Position numbers and translations under genes: made by a program. From Nostocoides sp. (GTDB taxonomy: Bacteria; Actinomycetota; Actinomycetes; Actinomycetales; Dermatophilaceae), in NCBI GenBank assembly GCA_037045025.1, contig JBAOHM010000019.1: DNA of 64,000 bases. One strand, given 5' to 3'. The notes below the pieces were generated by a model, which ran no database searches, was not told where the DNA came from, and saw only the letters and a list, made by a program, of their open reading frames with translations. This document shows positions 10,661 through 21,313 of this stretch, piece by piece (within the stretch, counting starts at the first letter, position 1; each line of letters opens with the position of its first letter).

Positions 10661-11762
10661 GGCCCGGCCCACCACGGAAGGCCTCCTGCACCAGATCGGC
10701 GAGCAGATCGACCCCTGCACGCTCGCCGACTCCCTCGGCCGCGGTCGCCATGCGCGCCAACCGGGGACGGTCGAGGAGCAGCGGGACGACAACCTCGCGG
10801 ATCACGTCCGCGGTCAGCTCGGCATTGTCGATGAGCAGCCCACCCTTGGCGGCGATGACATCGGCGGCATTCAACCGCTGCTCGCCGTTGCCGATCGGCA
10901 GCGGAACATAGATCGCCGGCAGACCGATCGCGGTGAGCTCGCAGACGGTGTTCGCGCCGGAACGCACGAGCGCGAGGTCGGCGACGGCATACGCCAGCTC
11001 CATCCGATCGGCATAGGGGACAACGACATAGCGCCCTCCCCCGCCACCTTGGGGCGCGGGGAATTCCTTGCCGGCCCCGGTGATATGCAGCGCCTGGATT
11101 CCGGCGGCGAGCACATCGCCGGCCGCGGCCTGCATGGTCTCGTTGAGTCGGGCCGCCCCCAGGGAGCCGCCGGTGACCAGGAGAGTGGGCCGCTGCGCGT
11201 CCAGGCCGTATGCCGCGAGGGCCTGCGCCCGCAGCGCGTCCCGGTCGAAGCCGCTGATCTCGGGGCGCAACGGCATGCCGACCACCCGGGCGTGTGCCAG
11301 GCGCGTGCTCGCGAAGGTGACGGCCACATAGGGGGTCAACCGGGCACCGAGGCGATTGGCCAGGCCGGGGCGGGCGTTTTGCTCGTGGATGACGATCGGG
11401 ATGCGGCGCCGGCGGGCGGCGAGATAGGCGGGCGTGGACACATAACCGCCGAAGCCGACGACCACATCGGCGCCGGTGGCGTCCATGGCGGCGCCGGCCG
11501 CGGCCACCGCCGCCCTCAGGTTGCGCGGCAACCGGAGCAGGTCGAGGCTCGGCCGACGCGGCAGCGGCACCTTGGGGATCGTGTGCAGTGGATAGCCACG
11601 GGCGGGCACCAGGCGCGCCTCCAGCCCCACGCTCGTGCCGAGGGCGGCCACCGCCAGCTCACCGTCGCGGGCACGCAGCCGGTCGGCAAGGGCGAGCAAC
11701 GGCGAGACGTGGCCGGCCGACCCCCCTCCGGCCAGGAGCACCGAGGACAGTGCCTTAGCCAC
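10653..11762 (-). CDS. murG: Lipid II synthase MurG (undecaprenyl-PP-MurNAc-pentapeptide GlcNAc transferase)
   Basis: The sequence contains SVLLAGGGSAGHVSPLLALADRL and TGGSLGA. The start is inferred at GTG 11762, 8 nt inside the ftsW 3' end. The upstream part of the track ORF is shadow sequence. Confidence 0.88.
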   Translation of the reverse strand: MAKALSSVLLAGGGSAGHVSPLLALADRLRARDGELAVAALGTSVGLEARLVPARGYPLHTIPKVPLPRRPSLDLLRLPRNLRAAVAAAGAAMDATGADVVVGFGGYVSTPAYLAARRRRIPIVIHEQNARPGLANRLGARLTPYVAVTFASTRLAHARVVGMPLRPEISGFDRDALRAQALAAYGLDAQRPTLLVTGGSLGAARLNETMQAAAGDVLAAGIQALHITGAGKEFPAPQGGGGGRYVVVPYADRMELAYAVADLALVRSGANTVCELTAIGLPAIYVPLPIGNGEQRLNAADVIAAKGGLLIDNAELTADVIREVVVPLLLDRPRLARMATAAEGVGERAGVDLLADLVQEAFRGGPGHD

Positions 11763-13032
11763 GGCCGCGCCTGCGGCGCACGAGCGAGAGCACCGCCTGC
11801 GAGCCGCGCACCGAGGCGGGGTTGGCCGAGAGCTGCTCGGCACACCTCGGCTCGGCCCGGGCAAAGGCGAGCAGCAGGCCCGCCCCCACCATCGTGGTGA
11901 CCAGCGAGGAACCGCCGGAAGAGACGAACGGAAGCGGCACACCGATGATCGGCAAGGTCCCGATCACCGCCCCGATGTTGATGATCGCTTGCACCACGAT
12001 CCAGGTCATCACGCCGGCCGCTGCGACCCGGACGAAGAAGTCCTCGGAGCGGATGACCAGCCGGTAGGCGGCATAGGCGAAGACCGCGAAGAGAACCAGC
12101 ACGACCAGGGTGCCGATCAGCCCGATCTCCTCGCCGATGATCGCGAAGATGAAGTCGTTGTGCGGCGCGGAGAGCCATTGCCACTTCTCCTTGCTCGCGC
12201 CGAGCCCGATGCCGGTCAGCCCGCCGTCCGCCAGCGCGTAGCGGGCGTGCAGCGGTTGGCGGCAAATGTCGTAGTAGAGCTCCTCGTTCTTGGGCACGCA
12301 CAGCCCGGGGTGCAGCCAGATGTTGATCCGACCGAGCCGGTTGATGCTGGTCAACGTCGCTGCCGCGAGCAGCGCCAGCCCGCTCACGCCCGCGACAGCG
12401 AACCAGCGCAGCGGCATACCGGCGGCAAACAGCATCCCGGCGACGATTGCCGCCAGGACCATCGTGGTGCCGAGGTCGTGACCGAGCATGACGAGGAAGA
12501 TCAACATCGCCGCCGCGGGGAAGACGAAGGGGACAACCGCCTCTTTGAAGCTGCCCATCAGATGACGCTTGTGCGCGAGGACCCGCGCGCCGAAGAGCAC
12601 GACCGCGATTTTGCCCAGCTCGGACGGCTGGAGGCTGAAGACCTTGAAGTCGAGCCAGTTGCGGTTTCCGCCCGAGCCGGAGCCGAGCGCGGTGAACACG
12701 AGCGCCTGCAGCACGAGGGTGACTACCAGCGCCAGGCCGCCGAGTCGTTTCCAGCGAGCGAGCGGGATCCGCATGGCCGCGACCATGGCGATCGCGCCGA
12801 GAACCGCGAAGATCGCCTGGGTGATGAACACGGCATACGGGGAGCCGCCGCTCTCGCGGATGGAGACGATCATCGAGGCGGACAAGACCATCACCAGCCC
12901 GATCGCAACCAGGAGAGTGGTCACGCTGAGCAGGAGATAGTAGGTCGCCGTCGGGCTGTCCATCAGCTGCTGCAGGCGGGCACGCACTCCCTGGTCGGCG
13001 CCGGCACGCGGCGCCGTCGTGGTCCGGCTCAC
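11755..13032 (-). CDS. ftsW: SEDS-family peptidoglycan polymerase FtsW
   Basis: The protein is polytopic: YYLLLSVTTLLVAIGLVMVLSAS, PSELGKIAVVLF and HNDFIFAIIGEEIGLIG. The start is tentatively GTG 13032, just after the murD stop. Confidence 0.88.
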   Translation of the reverse strand: MSRTTTAPRAGADQGVRARLQQLMDSPTATYYLLLSVTTLLVAIGLVMVLSASMIVSIRESGGSPYAVFITQAIFAVLGAIAMVAAMRIPLARWKRLGGLALVVTLVLQALVFTALGSGSGGNRNWLDFKVFSLQPSELGKIAVVLFGARVLAHKRHLMGSFKEAVVPFVFPAAAMLIFLVMLGHDLGTTMVLAAIVAGMLFAAGMPLRWFAVAGVSGLALLAAATLTSINRLGRINIWLHPGLCVPKNEELYYDICRQPLHARYALADGGLTGIGLGASKEKWQWLSAPHNDFIFAIIGEEIGLIGTLVVLVLFAVFAYAAYRLVIRSEDFFVRVAAAGVMTWIVVQAIINIGAVIGTLPIIGVPLPFVSSGGSSLVTTMVGAGLLLAFARAEPRCAEQLSANPASVRGSQAVLSLVRRRRGRG

Positions 13033-13036
13033 GGGG

Positions 13037-14518
13037 CTACTCCGCGCTGTCCCGCAGCGCATGCACCGCACGCGCGAAGGCATCGCCTCGGGCACCGTAG
13101 TTGGCGAACATGTCCATGGACGCGCCGGCGGGGGCCAGCAGCACGACGTCTCCGGGACGGGCCAGGCTGGCGGCGGCGCTGACGACTCGATCCATCGCAC
13201 CAGTGTCGGTGTCGGACACCTCGACGACCGGGACCTCGGGCGCGTGTCGGGCCAGCGATTGCGCGATCAGCCGGCGATCGGCGCCGAGCAGCACCACGCC
13301 ACGCAACCGGCCGCCGATGTCAGCGACGAGCGGATCGATGTCAGCTCCCTTGAGCAGGCCGCCCGCAATCCATACGACCGGGTCGAACGCCTGCAACGAT
13401 GCCTGCGCCGCATGGGGATTGGTGGCCTTGGAGTCATCGACATAACGCACCTCACCGACCTCGGCGACCGCGGCCATCCGGTGCGGCTCGGGGACAAAGG
13501 CGCGCAGCCCGTCCCGGACGGCGACCGGGGGCACGCCGTAGGTGCGGGCCAGGGCGGCCGCCGCGAGCGCATTGGCAACCACGTGCGGCGCCGGCGGGAG
13601 TCCCCCGCGGGCCAGATCGGCGAGCGTCCCCAGCTCGGCCGCCATCGTCTGCCGCTCGGCGACGAACGCGCGATCGGCGAGGACGTCATCGACGACCCCG
13701 AGCATCGACACGCCCGGGACGCCGGTCGTGAACCCGATCGCGCGCGCCCCCTCAACGACCTCGGCCTGCTCGACCATGCGGCGGGTCTCGTCGTCGGCGA
13801 CGTTGTAGACACACGCCCGCTGGGTGCGCTCGTATACCCGGGCCTTGGCCTGCCAGTAGGCCTCGGCGCTGCCGTGCCAATCGAGGTGGTCCGGGGCGAT
13901 GTTGAGGCAGGCCGACGCGAGCGGTGAGATCGAGTGCGTCCAGTGCAACTGGAAGCTGGACAGCTCGACCGCGACCACGTCATACGGCTCGGGGTCGACG
14001 ACGACGTCGAGGATCGGCGTGCCGACGTTGCCGGCGCTGGTTGCCCGCAGCCCCGCGGCGCGCAGGATCGAGGCGAGCATCTGCACCGTCGTCGTCTTGC
14101 CGTTGGTGCCGGTGATCGTCAGCCAGGGAGCGGCGCCCTCGGCCGGCCGCATCCGCCAGGCGAGCTCGACCTCCCCCCACACCGGTATGCCGTCGCGAGC
14201 CGCCGCGGCCAGCATCGGCTGATCGGGCCGCCAGCCGGGTGAGGTGACGACCAGGTCGAATTCGCGGCCGGCGGGGAGCGCCGCGGCGGCATCCGGGCCG
14301 GTGCGCACCTCCACATCGAGCAGGCTCAACAGCGTGGCGCGCTGCTCGGCGGCGCTGCCGGGCTGCAGCGTCTGCCCGTCAACCACCAGCAGGCGAGCCC
14401 CCCGGTCGGCGAGGGTGTCGGCGGCGGCGAAGCCGCTCACCCCGACGCCCGCCACGAGCACGCGCAACCCGGCCCAGTCCGCATCGCGGTGGGTCAGGTC
14501 GGCCAGGTTCCGCCTCAT
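13037..14518 (-). CDS. murD: UDP-N-acetylmuramoylalanine--D-glutamate ligase
   Basis: The sequence is [33 protein letters not shown] and [13 protein letters not shown] 14518 overlaps the mraY stop (ATGA). Confidence 0.9.
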   Translation of the reverse strand: MRRNLADLTHRDADWAGLRVLVAGVGVSGFAAADTLADRGARLLVVDGQTLQPGSAAEQRATLLSLLDVEVRTGPDAAAALPAGREFDLVVTSPGWRPDQPMLAAAARDGIPVWGEVELAWRMRPAEGAAPWLTITGTNGKTTTVQMLASILRAAGLRATSAGNVGTPILDVVVDPEPYDVVAVELSSFQLHWTHSISPLASACLNIAPDHLDWHGSAEAYWQAKARVYERTQRACVYNVADDETRRMVEQAEVVEGARAIGFTTGVPGVSMLGVVDDVLADRAFVAERQTMAAELGTLADLARGGLPPAPHVVANALAAAALARTYGVPPVAVRDGLRAFVPEPHRMAAVAEVGEVRYVDDSKATNPHAAQASLQAFDPVVWIAGGLLKGADIDPLVADIGGRLRGVVLLGADRRLIAQSLARHAPEVPVVEVSDTDTGAMDRVVSAAASLARPGDVVLLAPAGASMDMFANYGARGDAFARAVHALRDSAE

Positions 14519-15597
14519 CCGGAGCCCACCACCCATTCGGCATAGAAGACGCCGAGCCCGAGCGCGGCGAACAGCCCGGCGATGATCCAAAAGCGAATGA
14601 CGATCGTGACCTCCTGCCAGCCGAGCAGCTCGAAATGGTGCTGCAGCGGCGCCATCCGGAAGACCCGCTTGCCGGTCGATTTGAACGAGGCCACCTGGAT
14701 GACGACCGACAAGGTGATCGTGACGAACAGCCCACCGAGGATCACCATGAGCAGCTCGGTCCGGGTCGTGATGGACAGGCCGGCGAGAGCGCCGCCGAGG
14801 GCCAGCGAGCCGGTGTCGCCCATGAAGATCTTGGCCGGCGCGGCATTCCACCACAAGAACCCGAAGCAGGCGCCCATGGCGCCGGCCGCGACGACGGCCA
14901 GATCGCGGGAATCGCGCACCTCATAGCATTTCGGTCCCGGGGTGATCTGGCAGTTCTGGTTGGTCTGCCAAATCCCGATCAGCACGTATGCCGCGAACAC
15001 CATCGTCGAGACGCCGGTCGCCAAGCCATCCAGCCCGTCGGTGAGATTCACACCATTGGACCAGCTCGAGATCATCAGGTTGGCCCAGACGACGAATAGG
15101 GCCATCCCGAGGAGCGGACCGGCGAACGCCAGGTCGAGCGCGGTGTCCCGGACGAAGGAGATCGAGGTCGACGCGGGCGTGCGATGGCCGTCGCTGGGGA
15201 AGTTCAGCGCGAGGACGGCGAAGATGATCGCGACCAGCGCCTGGCCCGCCAGCTTCTGCTTCGAGCGCAGCCCGAGGCTGCGCTGACGGGAGATCTTGAT
15301 GTAGTCGTCGAGGAAGCCGACCAGGCCGAGGCCGGCCATGAGGAAGAGCACCAGCAGGCCGCTGACCGTGGGAGTGGTGAGCGTCGCGAGGTGCGCGACG
15401 GCATACGCGGTCAAGGTGGCGGCGATGATCACCGTGCCACCCATCGTCGGGGTGCCGCGCTTGGTGTGGTGCGAGGTGGGGCCGTCGTCGCGGATGAACT
15501 GCCCGTAGCCGAGGCGCACGAGGTATTTGATGTAGGCGGGCGTGCCGAGGAGGCCGATGACCAACCCGACGACGGCCGCGATGAGGACCGACTTCAT
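14515..15597 (-). CDS. mraY: Phospho-N-acetylmuramoyl-pentapeptide transferase
   Basis: The 360-aa polytopic ORF contains [17 protein letters not shown] and [11 protein letters not shown]. Confidence 0.95.
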   Translation of the reverse strand: MKSVLIAAVVGLVIGLLGTPAYIKYLVRLGYGQFIRDDGPTSHHTKRGTPTMGGTVIIAATLTAYAVAHLATLTTPTVSGLLVLFLMAGLGLVGFLDDYIKISRQRSLGLRSKQKLAGQALVAIIFAVLALNFPSDGHRTPASTSISFVRDTALDLAFAGPLLGMALFVVWANLMISSWSNGVNLTDGLDGLATGVSTMVFAAYVLIGIWQTNQNCQITPGPKCYEVRDSRDLAVVAAGAMGACFGFLWWNAAPAKIFMGDTGSLALGGALAGLSITTRTELLMVILGGLFVTITLSVVIQVASFKSTGKRVFRMAPLQHHFELLGWQEVTIVIRFWIIAGLFAALGLGVFYAEWVVGSG

Positions 15598-17000
15598 CCG
15601 CGCGCCCCTGGCTGCACCAGCCGGTCGCCGAGGAACCGCAGGCCGGCCCCGTTGCTGGATTTGATCAGCACGATGTCGCCCGGCCGCAGCTGTGCGCGCA
15701 GGCGGGCATCGGCCTCGTCAATGCTCTCGACCCGCTCGATCGCCAGTTCTCCCGGTCCGTATGCCGCTTGCGCTCCGTCGGCGATGCCCGCCGCCTCGTC
15801 GCCAACCACCATAAGATGCGCCACGCCGTGTCCGCGCACGGCCGCGCCGACGGCCCGGTGCGCGGCGGCGCTCTCGTCGCCGAGTTCGAACATGGGGCCG
15901 AGGACCGCCCAGGTCCGGCGTTGTCCGGCCATCGCCGCGAGCGCATCCAGGGCAGCGGCCATGGACTCGGGATTGGCGTTGTAGGCGTCGTTGACGATCG
16001 TCACCCCGTCCTCCCGGGTGGCGACCTCCATGCGATAGCGACTGACCGGGCCGGCGCTCGCGAGCGCTGCGGCGATCGACTCGGTCGGCACACCGAGTTC
16101 GTGGGCGGCCGCGATGACGGCGAGTGCATTGGCCACCTGGTGGCGTCCGGCGACGGCCAAGCCGATGGTGGCCTTGCCCGCCAGTCCGGTCAGGGTGAAC
16201 AGGGCACGGCCGTGTGGATCGAGGCGGATTCCGGTGGCGCGCACATCCGAATCGGGGCTCTCCCCGGTCAACAGCACGCGCGCTGACGTCCGATCGGACA
16301 TGGCGCGCACCAAGGCGTCGTCGGCGTTGAGGACGGCGACCCCGTCGGCCGGCAATGCCTCGACCAGCTCGGCCTTGGCGGCGGCAATCGTCTCGCGTGA
16401 GCCGAACTCGCCGACGTGGGCGGAGCCGATGTTCAACACCATGCCGATCGTCGGCGGCGCGATCGTCGTCAGATACCGGACGTGCCCCAAACCACGGGCA
16501 CCCATCTCGACGACGAGGAAGCGGGTGGTCGGCGAGATCCGGGCGACGGTGAGCGGGACCCCGACCTCGGAATTGAGCGAGCCGACATTGGCGACAGTCT
16601 CTCCGGCGGGGGCGAGGACCTGGGCGAGCAAGTCCTTGGTGGAGGTCTTTCCGGAAGAGCCGGTGATGCCGATGACGTTCAGGCGAGGAACGCGCTCGAT
16701 GAGCGCCCGCGCCAGCGCAGCGAAGGCCGCCTGCCCGTCGGGCACGACAATGCCCGGCAGCTCCGGGCACTCCCGGGTCGTCAGCGCTGCCACCGCTCCG
16801 CGATCGCGGGCGGAGGCAACGAAGTCATGTCCGTCCCGGGCCGCTCCGATGCGGGCGATGTAAAGACCGCCCGGTCCCGCTTCGCGTGAGTCGGTGACCA
16901 CGGGTCCGTCGACGATGAGGCGAGCGGCGCCACCGGGGTCGATCCCGGCCAGGCGTCCGTTGGTGAGATCGGCGATCTCGCCGAGAGTGAGCGCAATCAT
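15594..17000 (-). CDS. murF: UDP-MurNAc-tripeptide--D-Ala-D-Ala ligase
   Basis: The sequence contains [14 protein letters not shown] and a Mur ligase domain order. The stop overlaps the mraY start. Confidence 0.9.
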   Translation of the reverse strand: MIALTLGEIADLTNGRLAGIDPGGAARLIVDGPVVTDSREAGPGGLYIARIGAARDGHDFVASARDRGAVAALTTRECPELPGIVVPDGQAAFAALARALIERVPRLNVIGITGSSGKTSTKDLLAQVLAPAGETVANVGSLNSEVGVPLTVARISPTTRFLVVEMGARGLGHVRYLTTIAPPTIGMVLNIGSAHVGEFGSRETIAAAKAELVEALPADGVAVLNADDALVRAMSDRTSARVLLTGESPDSDVRATGIRLDPHGRALFTLTGLAGKATIGLAVAGRHQVANALAVIAAAHELGVPTESIAAALASAGPVSRYRMEVATREDGVTIVNDAYNANPESMAAALDALAAMAGQRRTWAVLGPMFELGDESAAAHRAVGAAVRGHGVAHLMVVGDEAAGIADGAQAAYGPGELAIERVESIDEADARLRAQLRPGDIVLIKSSNGAGLRFLGDRLVQPGARG

Positions 17001-17064
17001 GGCGGCAAGGTGATCTTGCCAGGGCCGCCGGGCCTGCCGCGGTCGCCAGCGTGACGGGCAGCGC

Positions 17065-18570
17065 TCATGTCAGGGCCGCTTCGAGCTCGTCCCGGTCATC
17101 GAAGGGGTGCACGACGCCGTCGACCTCTTGCCCACGCTCGTGGCCCTTGCCGACCACGGCAACGACGACGCCCGGGCCCCGGGCCCGCCCGGCCGCCACA
17201 GCGGCCCGGATCGCCTCGCGCCGGTCGGCGATCTCGACGATTTCGGCGTCGGTGCCTGCCGCCTCGGCGCCCTCGCGGACGGCCCGGCGAATCAGCTCGG
17301 GGTCCTCGGAGCGGGGGTTGTCGTCGGTGACGATGACAACGTCGGCACCCTCGGCCGCCGCCGACCCCATCGCCGCGCGCTTGCCCCGGTCGCGGTCACC
17401 GCCCGCGCCGAGGACGACGATCAAACCGGCCGGGGCGTGGGGACGGAGCGCAGCCAAAGCAGTCTGCACGGCGTCGGGAGTGTGGGCATAGTCGACGATG
17501 CCCAGCGGCGCATCCGGATCGCCCGCGCGGACGCGCTCCATCCGGCCCGGGACGTGCGGATCGGCGAGCACCGCGCGGGTGATCTGCTCCGCGTCGTAGC
17601 CCAGCTGGTGCAGCACGACCGCCGCCAGGGCGGTGTTGGCCTGGTTGAAGGCGCCTGGCAGCGCAGATGTCAAGGTAACGTTGAGGTTTAATCCACGGAT
17701 CGTGACGCTGTCGTCGAGGTTGAATGTTAGCCGATAGTCGGCGTCGCCGTCCGTGGCGAGCGTGACGACGGGGATTGTGGCCTCCCGGGCCAGCCGCGCA
17801 CCCCATGGATCGCCGATGTGGATTACACCGCGGCGGGCCCGTTCGGGCGTGAAGAGCGCGGCCTTGGCCGCGTAGTAGTCCGCCATGGTGCCGTGGAGGT
17901 CGAGGTGGTCCTGCGACAAATTGGTGAACGCGGCGACGTCGTAGCGCACCCCGTCGACTCGGTGCAGCGCCAGTGCGTGGCTGGAGACCTCCATCACACA
18001 GATGTCGACCCCGACTTCACGCATCGTCGCCAACAGCGCGTGCAGGTCGGGCGACTCCGGGGTCGTGCGCACGCTCGGCAGGCGCCGCTCGCCGACGCGG
18101 ATCTCGACGGTGCCGATCAATCCGGCCGTTAGCCCCAGCGCGCGGGCGGCACTGTCGAGCAGATAGGCGGTCGTCGTCTTGCCATTGGTCCCGGTGATTC
18201 CGACCAGCGTCGGAACCGATCCGCTCGTGCCATAAACCTCGGCCGCGAGCGCCCCGAGAACGGCGCGCGGCTCGGACACGACCAGCGCCGCGACGGTATC
18301 GGGGAGGTCGCCGAGTAGCTCCAGCCCGGCGGGATCGGTCAGCACGGCAATGGCGCCCTGGGCGAGCGCCTGGGCGGCGAAGCGGGCGCCGTGCGTGTGC
18401 GCGCCCGGGAGCGCGGCATACAGATCGCCCGGGCGCACGGTGCGCGAATCGAGGCTGACCCCGGTCACCGACGCGGCAGCGTGCCCGAGCGGGGTGACGC
18501 CAAGGAGCCGCGCCAACCGAGCGATGGGCACCGGGCTGCACTCGGCCGGCCGCGGCAGCGGAGCGGTCAC
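17065..18570 (-). CDS. murE: UDP-MurNAc-L-Ala-D-Glu--2,6-diaminopimelate (or L-Lys) ligase
   Basis: The sequence contains [15 protein letters not shown] and DYAHTPDA. It uses a GTG start at 18570. Confidence 0.9.
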   Translation of the reverse strand: MTAPLPRPAECSPVPIARLARLLGVTPLGHAAASVTGVSLDSRTVRPGDLYAALPGAHTHGARFAAQALAQGAIAVLTDPAGLELLGDLPDTVAALVVSEPRAVLGALAAEVYGTSGSVPTLVGITGTNGKTTTAYLLDSAARALGLTAGLIGTVEIRVGERRLPSVRTTPESPDLHALLATMREVGVDICVMEVSSHALALHRVDGVRYDVAAFTNLSQDHLDLHGTMADYYAAKAALFTPERARRGVIHIGDPWGARLAREATIPVVTLATDGDADYRLTFNLDDSVTIRGLNLNVTLTSALPGAFNQANTALAAVVLHQLGYDAEQITRAVLADPHVPGRMERVRAGDPDAPLGIVDYAHTPDAVQTALAALRPHAPAGLIVVLGAGGDRDRGKRAAMGSAAAEGADVVIVTDDNPRSEDPELIRRAVREGAEAAGTDAEIVEIADRREAIRAAVAAGRARGPGVVVAVVGKGHERGQEVDGVVHPFDDRDELEAALT

Positions 18571-18574
18571 CGGC

Positions 18575-20560
18575 TCACCCCGGGCCGGCGCCGATCGCTC
18601 GGCGATCGGCGAGCACGGCCGGATCGTTGATATTGGGTGGCGTATCCAGCTTCAGCTTGAGGGCGGGCGGCCGGCTGCCGGTGGGTGAGGGCGGGATCTG
18701 CAGCGACTGCAGCGCATAGGTCATGACGTCGCGGAAGACGGGGCCGGCCACATACCCACCGTAGTAGCCGTTCTTGGGGTCTTGGATGATCACCGACACG
18801 ACCAGGCGTGGGTCATCCGCGGGAGCGAAGCCAATGAACGAGGAGGTGTAGCCGGAGTATTTCCCGAGCTCTTTGTTATAGCGCGAGGCAGTTCCGGTCT
18901 TACCCGCGACGCGGTAGCCGTCGATTTGAGCTTCCGGCGCCGTGCCGTCCTTGCTCACGACACCTTCGAGCATGGCGGTCAACTCGGTCGCCGCCTGCGG
19001 GGAGATCACCCGAACGCCGTCGGCCCGCGGCGTCGGGACGAACTCGCCGTCCTCGTCGGCCACAGCGTCGATCAGCGTCGGCGGCATCCGCAACCCGCCA
19101 TTGGCGATCGTCTGATAGACCATCGCCGCCTGGATCGCGGTGATCGAGACACCCTGGCCATACATGACGGTGTAACGCTGCGAACCGTTCCACTTGCTCG
19201 ACGGATAGAACAGGCCCGGTGACTCACCAGGGAACTTGGCGCCAGACAACGCGCCGATCCCGAACTTGCGGAAGTAGCTCTCGATCGTCGCTGCGGAGAG
19301 TTGCTCGCCGGCAAGGATGATCCCGGTGTTGCTCGACTGGGCCAGGGCCCCGGCGAAGGTCAGATATTCGGTGTCGTGCTTGTGGGCATCCGTGAACGGC
19401 TTGTCCGAGCGATGCATCGAATAGGGAACGATCATCGAGGTGGTGGGGGTGACCTTGCCCTCTTCCAGGGCCGCCGCCGCGGTCATCACCTTGGCGGTCG
19501 ATCCGGGCTCGAAGACCTCGGTGAAGGCCAGGTTGGTCAGTGACCCGGACGTCACGCTGATGTGGTTGGGATCGAAGGTCGGATACGACGCCAGCGCGAG
19601 CAGGTTGCCCGTGCGGACGTCCTGCACGACGACCGTGCCTGACCGGGCCTGTGTCTCGCGAACCTTGCGAGCCAACGCATTTTGCGCCCACCACTGCAGA
19701 TCGTTGCGGATCGTGAGCCGGACGTCGTGGCCCCGCCTGGCCGAGCTGTCGCTCACCTTGCCATTGGGCAGCCGCACTCCGTCCTGGCCGACCTCGTAGG
19801 ACAGCTGACCCATCTGGCCGCGCAACTGCTTGTCGAGGACGCTCTCGATCCCGCCCTTGCCGCTCTGGCCTTCGTCGACGAACCCGACGAGGCTGGCGGC
19901 GGTCGTCGACTGGGGGTAGCGGCGGATCGAGGTGCGTTCGCTGGTGATTCCGGGAATGCCCAGGTCCGCGATCTTGTGCCAGGTTAGGGGTGAGATGTTC
20001 TTGGCGAGGATGTAGTACTTGCGCGTCCCGGTGAGTTTGCTGGCCAAGCTCGCCTGGTCGATCCCGAGCAGGGGCGAGAGGTCCGCGGCGGCTCCCGTGA
20101 CGCCGACCGTGGTCAGCTTCGTGCCGATCCGCTTCTCGTATTCGGTGACCGCCTGCTGGTTGACGATCACGGTGCGTCGCTCGATGCTCGTGGCGAGAAC
20201 GGCGCCGGTCGCGTCGGTGATGGTGCCGCGCATGGCGGGCTCGGTCTCCTTGACCGTGCGGATGGCCAGGCCGGCATTGGAGGGGGCGCCGGCGTCGAGC
20301 GCCTGGACCCGGATCAGTTGGGCGGCGAACAGGCTGAACACCACCAGGAAGCCGACGAAAAGCGCGCGCGAGCGGGTGCGCGGGTTTGCGCCGGGCACAG
20401 CGATCACCAGCCCACGCCCGCGCGGCGGGCCAGGAGGACGCCCGCCGGGAGACGCCTGGCCGGCCGGGGCACTCGGGCCCGAAGGACGGCGACTGGCACT
20501 CGCACTGCGGTCGGCGCGGGGCCGAACTAGGGCTGGCGTGGACGTCTTTCGAGGACTCAC
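18575..20560 (-). CDS. ftsI: Class B penicillin-binding protein / division transpeptidase FtsI
   Basis: It carries the transpeptidase triad motifs GSTAK (SxxK), SSN and KTGT. It has an N-terminal basic tail plus one TM, and a GTG start at 20560. Confidence 0.9.
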   Translation of the reverse strand: MSPRKTSTPALVRPRADRSASASRRPSGPSAPAGQASPGGRPPGPPRGRGLVIAVPGANPRTRSRALFVGFLVVFSLFAAQLIRVQALDAGAPSNAGLAIRTVKETEPAMRGTITDATGAVLATSIERRTVIVNQQAVTEYEKRIGTKLTTVGVTGAAADLSPLLGIDQASLASKLTGTRKYYILAKNISPLTWHKIADLGIPGITSERTSIRRYPQSTTAASLVGFVDEGQSGKGGIESVLDKQLRGQMGQLSYEVGQDGVRLPNGKVSDSSARRGHDVRLTIRNDLQWWAQNALARKVRETQARSGTVVVQDVRTGNLLALASYPTFDPNHISVTSGSLTNLAFTEVFEPGSTAKVMTAAAALEEGKVTPTTSMIVPYSMHRSDKPFTDAHKHDTEYLTFAGALAQSSNTGIILAGEQLSAATIESYFRKFGIGALSGAKFPGESPGLFYPSSKWNGSQRYTVMYGQGVSITAIQAAMVYQTIANGGLRMPPTLIDAVADEDGEFVPTPRADGVRVISPQAATELTAMLEGVVSKDGTAPEAQIDGYRVAGKTGTASRYNKELGKYSGYTSSFIGFAPADDPRLVVSVIIQDPKNGYYGGYVAGPVFRDVMTYALQSLQIPPSPTGSRPPALKLKLDTPPNINDPAVLADRRAIGAGPG

Positions 20561-20566
20561 GTTGGG

Positions 20567-21313
20567 CTATTCCTCCGTGGGCTCGCCGCCGGGCACCCCG
20601 GGCGGCACCGCTTCGCCCGGTGTCGTCTCGGTCGGTGTCGTCTCGGTCGTCGGGGTCAGGCCGGGAGTGGATGTAGCTTGCCCGGTATCGGTGCTCGCAC
20701 CGGGGGTGGCTGCGCCCGCCGGCGGTTGCGGCGAACCCACGTCGGGTGCGGCGGAATCGCTTGTGGTGGCAGGCGAACCGCTCGAGGGGGCCGACCCATC
20801 GGCCGACTGACCCGCGGCCGCATCCGGTGGCGTCGACGGATCGGTGACCACGCTGAAGTCGCTGCTCGTCGCGGCCTCGGCGGAGCCGAGCACCCGGGCC
20901 TGCTCCAGGGAAATGAAGGCCGGCGAGGCGGCGGGAACCATGCCGAGGGCCAGCGCCTGCCGGGCGAGCGCCGCCGGTGCACGCACGGCGTCGAGTTCGT
21001 CGGTCAACACCTCCTGACGGTCGGCGAGGTAGCTAGACTCGACCGCCAACCGATTGCGGGTGTAGGTCCCCTCGGCCAGTCGCGTGTTGATCAACAGCGT
21101 GAGCAGCAAGCCCGCGACCAGCGTGACGAGCATGCCGACAGCGAACCACGCCTGATTGGTGGCAACGCGCCCCGGAACGATCCGCAGTGACGGGCGGCCG
21201 CCCCGGCCCCGCCGCACTCGCGCCCGGGTGTGGGCGAGCGCCCGCGGACCCGGCGCCGAGCGCAAGGTCGGTTTGGCGCCGTCGCGGGTCAGCTTGACCG
21301 CAGTCTGGGTCAA
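20567..21313 (-). CDS. FtsL-like septation membrane protein with a Ser/Thr/Pro-rich tail
   Basis: It has a single TM (WFAVGMLVTLVAGLLLTLLI) followed by a short coiled segment. It occupies the position between rsmH and ftsI, which is FtsL-typical. The C-terminal ~90 aa are low-complexity. The start (TTG 21313) is uncertain. Confidence 0.65.
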   Translation of the reverse strand: MTQTAVKLTRDGAKPTLRSAPGPRALAHTRARVRRGRGGRPSLRIVPGRVATNQAWFAVGMLVTLVAGLLLTLLINTRLAEGTYTRNRLAVESSYLADRQEVLTDELDAVRAPAALARQALALGMVPAASPAFISLEQARVLGSAEAATSSDFSVVTDPSTPPDAAAGQSADGSAPSSGSPATTSDSAAPDVGSPQPPAGAATPGASTDTGQATSTPGLTPTTETTPTETTPGEAVPPGVPGGEPTEE

